Origin: Terriglobia bacterium
GTDB taxonomy: Bacteria; Acidobacteriota; Polarisedimenticolia; Polarisedimenticolales; JAIQFR01
NCBI GenBank assembly: GCA_963748015.1
Contig: CAVVHE010000004.1
Coordinates: forward strand, 2,048,001-2,112,000
DNA length: 64,000 nucleotides
Direction: 5' to 3'
Part shown: positions 56,800-64,000 of the stretch, piece after piece
Layout: the number at the start of each line of letters is the position of its first letter
Numbering within the stretch: the stretch's first letter is position 1
Notes under the pieces: generated by a model
Seen by the model: the letters and a program-made list of their open reading frames with translations, nothing else
Told to the model about the DNA's origin: nothing
The model's database searches: none
Position numbers and translations under genes: made by a program

Positions 56800-58533
56800 A
56801 TGATCTTCCCGATGCGGAGGTTTCTCGTCCTCATGGCTTCCACGACGATTGCGGCGTTGTCGACCGGCTGCGGTCCTTCCAGCGAGCCGGCGGACCTCGT
56901 TCTGCTCCACGGCAATCTCGTGACACTCGACCCGGCGCGGCCGAAAGCGGAGGCGCTCGCGGCACGCGGGGACACGATCGTCGCGGTAGGGACGGACGAC
57001 GAGATTCGCAAGCTCGCCGGCCCCAACACCAAGGTGATCGACCTCGAGGGGAAGCTCGCGATTCCCGGGTTCATCGAGGCGCACGCGCACTTCCTGAGCC
57101 TCGGGCAGTCGAAGCGGATCCTCGACCTGCACACCGCGAAGAGCTGGGACGAGATCGTCGCGCGGGTCGAGGCCGCCGCGCGCACCGCGCCCGAAGGGGC
57201 GTGGATCCTCGGCCGCGGGTGGCACCAGGAAAAATGGACTACTCGCCCCAATCCCGTCGTCGAAGGTTATCCCGTTCGTGACGCGCTGGACCGCGCGGCG
57301 CCGCGGAATCCCGTCATGCTGCGGCACGCGAGCGGCCACGCCGCGATCGTCAACGCGGCCGCGCTCGAGCGCGCGGGGATCGGCGATGCGACGGCGGACC
57401 CCGACGGCGGCAAGATCGTGCGAGATCGGAAGGGCCGGGCCACCGGCGTCCTCCTCGAGAACGCGGACGACGCGGTCGGGAAGGCCGTGGCGGCCGACCG
57501 CGCCAAGCGTCCCGCCAGCGAGCTGGCCGCCGAGCTGGCGCGGGACGTCGAGCTGGCGACGAACGAGTGCCTGTCGAAGGGGATCACGACGTTCCACGAC
57601 GCGGGCGAGAGCATCGCGACCGTGGACCGTTTGCGAAGCATGGCGGAGACGGGAGCGCTCAAGGTGCGCCTCTACGTCATGCTGGAAGGGAGCAACGAGA
57701 CCCTCGCTCCACGCCTCCGCGAGGGGCCTCTCGTCGAGCTCGGCCGCCGCCACCTCACGGTGCGGGCGATCAAGAAGTACATGGACGGCGCCCTCGGCTC
57801 CCGCGGCGCCTGGCTGCTCGCTCCCTACGCCGACGCCCCCGGGACCACGGGGCTGCCGGCCCAGCCGATCGAGCAGCTCGAGGAGACGGCGCGGCTCGCC
57901 GCCGAGAACGGCTTCCAGCTCTGCATCCACGCGATCGGCGACCGCGCGAACCGCGAGGTCCTCGACCTCTACGAGCGCACGATGCGGGCGCACCCGGACG
58001 TCAAGAACCCGCGCTGGCGCATCGAGCACGCGCAGCACCTCGACCCCGCCGACATCCCGCGCTTCTCCCGTCTCGGCGTGATCGCCGCGATGCAGGGGAT
58101 CCACTGCACGTCGGACGGCCCGTGGGTCGCCGAGCGCCTGGGCGAGGAGCGCGCGCGGACCGGCGCTTATGCCTGGCGGCGCCTCCTCGACTCCGGCGCG
58201 CTCGTCGTCAACGGCACCGACGCCCCCGTCGAGGAGGTGGACCCGATCGCCTGCTACCACGCCTCGGTCACGCGGAAGATGAAGAACGGCGCCGCCTTCT
58301 TCCCCGAGCAGCGCATGACCCGCGAGGAGGCGCTCCGCTCCTACACCGCGAGCGCCGCCTACGCGGGTTTCGAGGAAGGGATCAAGGGCTCGCTGGCGCC
58401 GGGCAAGCTCGCCGACGTCACCGTTCTCTCGAAGAACATCCTCGAGGTCCCCGACGACGAGATCCTCGCGGCTCGCGTGATCTACACGATCGTCGGCGGC
58501 AAGGTGGAATACCGCGCCGAGGGAACTCCTTAG
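56800..58533 (+). CDS. Amidohydrolase family 3 (YtcJ-like) metal-dependent hydrolase, probable lipoprotein
   Basis: PGFIEAHAH, MDGALGSRGA, IHAIGDRAN, RIEHAQ, GTDAPVE and KGSLAPGKLAD; LSTGC lipobox. Confidence 0.93.
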   Translation: MIFPMRRFLVLMASTTIAALSTGCGPSSEPADLVLLHGNLVTLDPARPKAEALAARGDTIVAVGTDDEIRKLAGPNTKVIDLEGKLAIPGFIEAHAHFLSLGQSKRILDLHTAKSWDEIVARVEAAARTAPEGAWILGRGWHQEKWTTRPNPVVEGYPVRDALDRAAPRNPVMLRHASGHAAIVNAAALERAGIGDATADPDGGKIVRDRKGRATGVLLENADDAVGKAVAADRAKRPASELAAELARDVELATNECLSKGITTFHDAGESIATVDRLRSMAETGALKVRLYVMLEGSNETLAPRLREGPLVELGRRHLTVRAIKKYMDGALGSRGAWLLAPYADAPGTTGLPAQPIEQLEETARLAAENGFQLCIHAIGDRANREVLDLYERTMRAHPDVKNPRWRIEHAQHLDPADIPRFSRLGVIAAMQGIHCTSDGPWVAERLGEERARTGAYAWRRLLDSGALVVNGTDAPVEEVDPIACYHASVTRKMKNGAAFFPEQRMTREEALRSYTASAAYAGFEEGIKGSLAPGKLADVTVLSKNILEVPDDEILAARVIYTIVGGKVEYRAEGTP

Positions 58534-58923
58534 CTTTTTCCGGAGGTGCTTCTCGGGATCGAAGGGGATGAACTCGTCCTCTTCGTCCGGAGGGGTGGTG
58601 TCGGGCGGCGGCGCGGGCCTTCGCTTGACCCAGAGGTCGCCCGAGACGACGCGGGTCTCGTAGAGGTCGAGCGCGGCGCCGGAGCGCCGCCCGCTGTCTC
58701 CCGTGCGCACGTCGAACTTCCAGCCGTGCCAGGCGCAAACGACCTGCCCGGCCTCGAGCGTCCCCTCGGCGAGCGACGCACCCATGTGCGGGCAGGCGTC
58801 GGCGACGACGACGAAGTCCGATCCCTCGCGGAAGACCGCGACCGGCACGCCGTTCACGACGGCCTTGCGCGCCTTGCCCCGCGGGAAGTCCGCGATCCTC
58901 CCGACCCTCACGAAACCATCCAT
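58530..58923 (-). CDS. Rieske [2Fe-2S] ferredoxin (NirD-like); stop apparently displaced by a homopolymer indel
   Basis: CPHMG and CAWHGWKFD Rieske ligands; TAA at 58530 is out of frame by one base after an A5 run. Confidence 0.85.
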
Positions 58924-58987
58924 GGGGGCAGAGTATAGACCGCCCGCGTCGGGGCTCCCGGGCGCATCGCGGGGTTATGATGGCAGC

Positions 58988-60343
58988 GTGAGGCTCATCG
59001 CGACGCTCGCCATCGTCCTGGCCGCGGCCTCGATCTCGCCGGCCGCGGGCGCCGCCGCGCGCGGCGGTTCGGATCTCCCTCCGGTGGCCCTGCACCACGA
59101 GCCGCCCTCGATCCCGCCGGAGGCCGCCGGCTCGGGCGCGGCTCCGGCGGTCACCGTGCGCGTACGGATCGACGCGAGGGGCAAGACCCTGTCGGTCGAG
59201 ACGCTCGGCGTCCAGCCCTCCGGCCCCTTCGACGCCGCGTTCGACAGGGTCACCCGCGCGGCGGTTTCGAAGTGGCGATTCGCCCCGGCGCTCCACGACG
59301 GGAAGGCCGTCGAGGCCACTCTCGAATGGACGGTCCAGTTCGCGGCGCTCCCCGAAGACGCGCCGTGGAGCTACGCGGACGCGGAGGACAGCCCGCCGCT
59401 CCCCCGCGCGGCCGAGGAGGGGGCCGTCGCGGCCCGCCGTCGCGCGGCCGAGCTTCCTCCCGCGGAGAGGCGCGCGCTCCGCGAGCGTACGGCGCGGGAC
59501 GCGGAAAGCCACCTCCTGGAGGGACGCCGCACGCGCGCGGTGACCGAGCACTTCGAGGTGATCACCGACTCCCCGGCGACCGGAACGCCGCGGCGGATCG
59601 CGACGCAGCTCGAGGACGCCTTCGCCGCCGCATCGCGCCTCTTCGGCGACGCGATCCCCGAGGAGGTGGCGACGGACAAGATCGTCGTGTACGTGTTCGC
59701 GAAGCACGCGTCGTTCGGGGCGTTCGCGGCGGAGAACCCGCGCTCCCTCGCTTCCGGCGGCGGGGGGTTCTACGATCCCGCGGGGCTGCTGGCGTTCCAC
59801 CTCGAGCTGCGCGGGGGGGATGCGGCCCTGTCGCGCGTCATTCTCGACGAGGCGACGCGCGCCTTCCTCGACGGCCACGTCGCGCGGCCCGGCGTGACGC
59901 TGCCGCTCTGGCTCGAAGAGGGGCTGGCGGAGTACGTGGCGGCCACCGGTGGGACCTCGGGCAAGCCCCCGGGCGGCCCGCAGACGAAGCGCAAGTCGTC
60001 CGCCCGCAAGTCTCCCGCGAAGACGCGCGGCGAGCCGCCGCGGGCCGAAGCGGCGGAAGTGGGAAAGGCGATCCGGGCCGGCGGCGCGATTCCGCTCGAT
60101 CGTCTCCTCGCCGCGAGACCGGAAGATCTCGAAGGCGAGACGGCCCGGCTGTTCCCGGCCCAATCGTGGATGTGGGTCCACTTCCTGCGGCACGGGCAGC
60201 CCGACTGGTCGGCCGGGGCGTTCCCGCGGCTGGTCCTCTACGTCGCGGAAGGCTACTCCGCCGCCGACGTCTTCCCGGCGGTCTACGGGTCGCCTCCGGC
60301 CGGGCTCGCGCCCGCCTTCCGGGAGTACGTGAAGCGATTCTGA
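58988..60343 (+). CDS. Secreted TonB C-terminal domain + zincin-like (DUF1570/peptidase MA-like) domain lacking HExxH
   Basis: Signal peptide; VTVRVRIDARG...AAVSKWRFAPA.HDGKAV (TonB_C); GGFYDP...ILDEATRAF...PLWLEEGLAEY...QSWMWVHFL. Confidence 0.75.
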   Translation: MRLIATLAIVLAAASISPAAGAAARGGSDLPPVALHHEPPSIPPEAAGSGAAPAVTVRVRIDARGKTLSVETLGVQPSGPFDAAFDRVTRAAVSKWRFAPALHDGKAVEATLEWTVQFAALPEDAPWSYADAEDSPPLPRAAEEGAVAARRRAAELPPAERRALRERTARDAESHLLEGRRTRAVTEHFEVITDSPATGTPRRIATQLEDAFAAASRLFGDAIPEEVATDKIVVYVFAKHASFGAFAAENPRSLASGGGGFYDPAGLLAFHLELRGGDAALSRVILDEATRAFLDGHVARPGVTLPLWLEEGLAEYVAATGGTSGKPPGGPQTKRKSSARKSPAKTRGEPPRAEAAEVGKAIRAGGAIPLDRLLAARPEDLEGETARLFPAQSWMWVHFLRHGQPDWSAGAFPRLVLYVAEGYSAADVFPAVYGSPPAGLAPAFREYVKRF

Positions 60344-60353
60344 GCGGCGCGCG

Positions 60354-61677
60354 CTAACGCGGGGGCTTGGCGAGCTTCATCTCGGCTTCCGCGTCCTCGG
60401 TCCGCCCCATTCGCCGGTAGCAGTCCGAGAGCGACGCGTGCGCCCCGGGAAGATCGGAGCGCAGGGAGAGCGCTCGCTTCAGCGCCGCCACCGCCTCGCC
60501 GCAGCGGTCGAGCTTGATGAGCGACTCGCCGACGTAGAGAAACGACTCCGCGCGGCCGGAGTTCAGCGCGCTCGCGCTTTCGAAAGCCTTGCGGGCCTCG
60601 TCCCACCGCTCGAGCTGGAACGCCGCCACGCCGAGATTGAACCACGCCATCTCGTGATCGGGCGCCGCCGCCACTGCCCGGCGCAGCAGGCCGACCGCGG
60701 CGGACGCGTCGCCCGCGAGCAGGCGCGTCGTTCCCGCCTCGAAGAGGGACTGGGGGTCGGTGATCCTCGCGAATCTCTCGGTCTCGGCGGCCGCCGCGGC
60801 CTTGCGCTCCTCCGGGGTCGCGAAGAGGAGCCGCAGGGCGTCCGCCGCCTCGTCGTGGTCGGGATTCGCCCGCGCGGCCTCGCGAAACGCCGCCTGCGCG
60901 TCGAGATCCCTACCCGCGTCCCACAACGCCCACGCCAGCGCGAGCGAGAGACGGGCCTCGGCCTCCTTTCCGGCCGAGCCCGCCCCGAGCGTCGCGGCCT
61001 CCTGCCTGGCCTCGTCGAACCGTCCGAGCGGCGACGAGCGCCAGGCCGATCTTTTCCGCGAGCGGGGGAGAATCGCCGTAGCGGGAACGTATGCCGCGAT
61101 AGATCTCGAGCGCCTCCTCGCGGCGCCCGAGCTCCTCCGCGATCCGTGCCCGCCTCCACGCGACCGCCGCCGATGGACGGACCGCGTCGAGCCTCGCGAG
61201 GACCGCGCGCTCCGCCTCCCGGTCGGGAAGCCGTGCCAAGACCAGGCCGAGCGCCTCGAGGAGCTCCGGGTCGGACGGAGTCCTGGAGAGCCTCGCCTCG
61301 AGCCCCCTCTTGAGCGCGGCCCGGTCCGACGGCGGAGCCGCGGGGTCCTCGGCGATGCGCACGAGCGGGGAATACGGGATCACGGCGCTCGGGTCGGCCA
61401 GGCGATCGAGAACGAGGGCGCGGGCGCTCCGGAGCTCGCCGGCCTCGAGCTGCGCCCTGTCCGGGTATTCCACGAGGGCCAGCGCGGGGAGGATCTCCTT
61501 CGGGTAGTCCTTCGCCGCCCGCCGCAGCAACTCGAGCTCCCTCGCGGGGTTCCCCTGCTCGGCGGCGATACGCGCCTCGCGCAGCATCCGCACGCAGCCC
61601 GCGGCCGGAAGCTCCGCGGCCGGGATAGCCGCGGGCAGGAACAAGGCGGCCACGAGCAGCGTCGATCCCAGGCGCAC
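60354..61677 (-). CDS. Secreted TPR-repeat protein (single frameshift near 61030)
   Basis: Signal peptide from GTG 61677 with GGAGG RBS; TPR repeats continue in the 60354-60926 frame once one extra C near 61030 is removed. Confidence 0.78.
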
Positions 61678-61758
61678 TCGGTCCTCCGGCAATTGGAGAC
61701 GAAGGCCGATTATACGGCGAGACGCTGCGTTAGAATCCACTGCCGCGCGGGGGGGCCC

Positions 61759-62757
61759 ATGGCCGGTTGGAGCGTCGTCCTCTTCAAGATCCTGTCGCTG
61801 CTTCCGGTGATCGGGATCGGCTGGGTCGCCGCGAGGCGCGGCTGGTTCGGCAACGGCGCCGTTTCCGCGATGAGCCGGCTCGCCGTGGACGTCGCGCTTC
61901 CCGCGCTGACGTTCACGCAGCTCGTCCGCACGGTGCCGCGCGAGGCGCTCCTCGAAAACGCGCTGCTTCCCGCCGCGGGGGCGGCGCTGTTCCTGCTGGG
62001 CGCGGGAGCGGGGTGGGCGCTCGCCCCGCTGTTCTCCGGCCGGCTGCAACGGCCGACCTTCGTGTTCCTGGTCGCGCTCGCGAACTCGATCTACCTCCCA
62101 CTTCCCATCGCGCAGGCGCTTTACGGCGGCGAGGGCGTGCGCACCGTTCTCCTTTGCGAGGTCGGGACGCGCGTCGTGCTCTTCACCGTCGGCCTCGCGA
62201 TACTGATCGGGAAGAGGCCGGACGCGAGGGCGCTGCGCGATCTGCTGGTCAACCCCGGCCTGATCGCGGCGCTCTCGGGGATCGCGGCGGCGGTGCTGTT
62301 CCCGGGCCTCCGCGCGCTTGCCGACCTCGACCCGCGCGGTGCCGCCCCGGCGGCGATGGCCGCGAGCGCCCTCTTCCAGGCGCTCGACCTCGTCGGGGCG
62401 CTGACGATCCCGCTCGCGCTGCTCGTCACCGGGGCCAAGCTCGAGGGAGCTTCCCGCGACGGCGCGCTGCTCTCGCGCGAGACCTGGGGCGTCCTCGTCG
62501 CCCGCCTGCTCGCGACGCCCGCCGCCGCCGCCGCGCTCCTCCTCCTCGCGCTGGCCGCGGGCGTCCCGCTCGCCGAGGTCCCGCGCCGAATCATCTTCCT
62601 CGTCGCCTCGATGCCGGTCGCCGTCAACTGCGGCGTCTTCACCGAGCGCTACGGAGGCGACTCCACCCTCGCCGCCCGCTCCACCTTCGCGAGCACCCTG
62701 TTCGGCGTCCTCACCATCCCCCTCCTCTTCTTCGCCGCGCAGCGCCTGGGGCTTTGA
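61759..62757 (+). CDS. AEC (auxin efflux carrier) family transporter
   Basis: VALPALTF, NSIYLPLPIAQALYG, NPGLIA, IPLALLVTG and MPVAVN motifs; ~10 TM helices. Confidence 0.9.
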   Translation: MAGWSVVLFKILSLLPVIGIGWVAARRGWFGNGAVSAMSRLAVDVALPALTFTQLVRTVPREALLENALLPAAGAALFLLGAGAGWALAPLFSGRLQRPTFVFLVALANSIYLPLPIAQALYGGEGVRTVLLCEVGTRVVLFTVGLAILIGKRPDARALRDLLVNPGLIAALSGIAAAVLFPGLRALADLDPRGAAPAAMAASALFQALDLVGALTIPLALLVTGAKLEGASRDGALLSRETWGVLVARLLATPAAAAALLLLALAAGVPLAEVPRRIIFLVASMPVAVNCGVFTERYGGDSTLAARSTFASTLFGVLTIPLLFFAAQRLGL

Positions 62758-62790
62758 CCGAATCGGTCGCTCGTGCGCGCGAACTCGACC

Positions 62791-62986
62791 CGCCCCGGCG
62801 ATGGTCCGAGATCATCCCGCGGCGACGATGCCCGAGGCGACGGGGACCCCTGCACGGCCGCGCGAAGGGTCGAGCGCGATGGCGCTAGGGTCCGCGCCAT
62901 CGCGCTTGCTCGACCCTTCGCGCGGCCGATGCGGGTCGTCGCCGAGGGAGGTCGCCGCGGGATGATCTCGGACCATCGCCGGGGCG
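62791..62986. repeat. ~196-bp foldback (nested inverted repeats), REPIN/MITE-like
   Basis: Perfect 36-bp IR (62791-62826 / 62951-62986), perfect 21-bp IR (62855-62875 / 62908-62928), inner stem closing an 8-nt loop (62886-62893). Confidence 0.9.
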
Positions 62987-63018
62987 TGGCCAGGCGTCAG
63001 CACGAGGCGGACCGCCGG

Positions 63019-63060
63019 TTGACAACGGTCAAGCGCGACCGGGCGCCCGGATGCGATAAT
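63019..63060 (+). promoter_or_regulatory. FNR-like box TTGACAACGGTCAA with GATAAT -10 (class II geometry)
   Basis: Box at 63019-63032; -10 at 63055-63060 puts the box centre about 41.5 nt from the predicted TSS (~63067). Confidence 0.65.
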
Positions 63061-63080
63061 CAATCGAAGGTGCACGCGAG

Positions 63081-64000
63081 ATGGACAGGTACGACAGCCC
63101 GGTGTCGCTGAAGGGGAGCTACTACGCGACGGCGTCGCTCCCGCTGCGGCAGGAGCTCGCCCTAGCGCTGCCGAAGGACGACCTGCGCGGCCTCCACGAG
63201 CGGACGCCGTGGAGGCACTTCGCGTGGACCGGGTGGCAGCTCCTGCTCCTCGCCGGCGCCTCGATCGGCCTGTGGCGGCTCGCGCACCCCGCGGCGTGGA
63301 TCCCGCTCGCGCTCGTGCAGGGATTCACGATCTTCAACTTCACCGTCCTCCTGCACGAGGTGGTCCACGACGCGGTCTTCCGGGAGCGGAACGCGCGCCG
63401 GAACCGCTGGCTCGGCTTCGCGTACGCGGTTCCGAGCGGCATCTCGGCGTCGCAGTTCACGCGGTGGCACCTCGACCATCACGCGGAGCTGGGGTCGGAC
63501 ACCGACGATCCCAAGCGATTCCGGCTCACGCCGAAGCGGAATCGCCGCTGGTACAAGCTGCTCTATTTCACGCCGGCGCTCTTCCCGATCTACTTCCGCG
63601 CGGCCGCGGCGGAGACGGCGGGCTATCCCGCGCCGCTGCGAAGGCGGATCCGGATCGAGCGCTGGGTGGCCATCGCGTTTCATCTCTCCGTGGCGACGGC
63701 GATCGGCCTCGCCGGCGGCCGCGGGCCGCTGCTGCGGGTGTGGGTGATCCCGGTGTTCTTCGTGTTCCCGGTGGCGTTCGTGATCAACCGCCTCGGGCAG
63801 CACTACGACATCGACCCGTCGGATACGGCGAAGTGGAGCACGCTGGTGAAGCCGTCGTGGTTCTGGGACCGCGCGTTCATCTACTCGAACTACCACCTCG
63901 AGCATCACTACTTCCCGCGCGTCCCGCTGTACAACCTCAAGAAGCTCCACCGCCTCCTGCAGCCGTTCTACCGGAAGCACGGCATCGTCCCCCGCACCTA
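63081..64000 (+). CDS. Membrane fatty acid desaturase family protein (runs off the window end)
   Basis: Manual translation from ATG 63081 shows three His boxes: HEVVH, HLDHH and HLEHH. Confidence 0.9.
   Translation, partial: MDRYDSPVSLKGSYYATASLPLRQELALALPKDDLRGLHERTPWRHFAWTGWQLLLLAGASIGLWRLAHPAAWIPLALVQGFTIFNFTVLLHEVVHDAVFRERNARRNRWLGFAYAVPSGISASQFTRWHLDHHAELGSDTDDPKRFRLTPKRNRRWYKLLYFTPALFPIYFRAAAAETAGYPAPLRRRIRIERWVAIAFHLSVATAIGLAGGRGPLLRVWVIPVFFVFPVAFVINRLGQHYDIDPSDTAKWSTLVKPSWFWDRAFIYSNYHLEHHYFPRVPLYNLKKLHRLLQPFYRKHGIVPRT

Overview
High-GC (~70%) bacterial DNA. Gene content and protein styles suggest an Acidobacteriota-like organism (inference). It is probably a long-read or metagenomic assembly with local indel errors. 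The left third (1-22 kb) holds housekeeping and secreted-protein genes: VPS10/BNR propeller, serine protease, TauE, sthA, FKBP, glgX, truA, ferritin-like + PilZ, an M16 peptidase pair, TPR, ctaA and DUF3179. The centre (22.9-36.5 kb, minus strand) is a complete alternative complex III (actABCDEF) + SCO + A2-type caa3 oxidase operon, with many apparent frameshifts in its most conserved genes. It is followed by an ArnA-type decarboxylase and metH. An accessory region (~42.1-56.7 kb) carries two very large secreted Kelch-propeller proteins, GNAT, FKBP, hicAB, a DDE integrase and vapBC; each toxin-antitoxin operon ends next to a decayed 3' half of tRNA-Asn. The right end has an amidohydrolase, a Rieske ferredoxin, a TonB/pseudo-peptidase fusion, TPR, an AEC transporter, a ~196-bp foldback element and a fatty acid desaturase behind an FNR-like box. 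The most notable signals are the repeated TA + tRNA-Asn-fragment units, a stand-alone ~70-nt sRNA candidate, the 196-bp foldback, paired TTGAC-N4-GTCAA boxes, and a putative C-terminal sorting domain on the Kelch/thrombospondin giant. No database searches were run.
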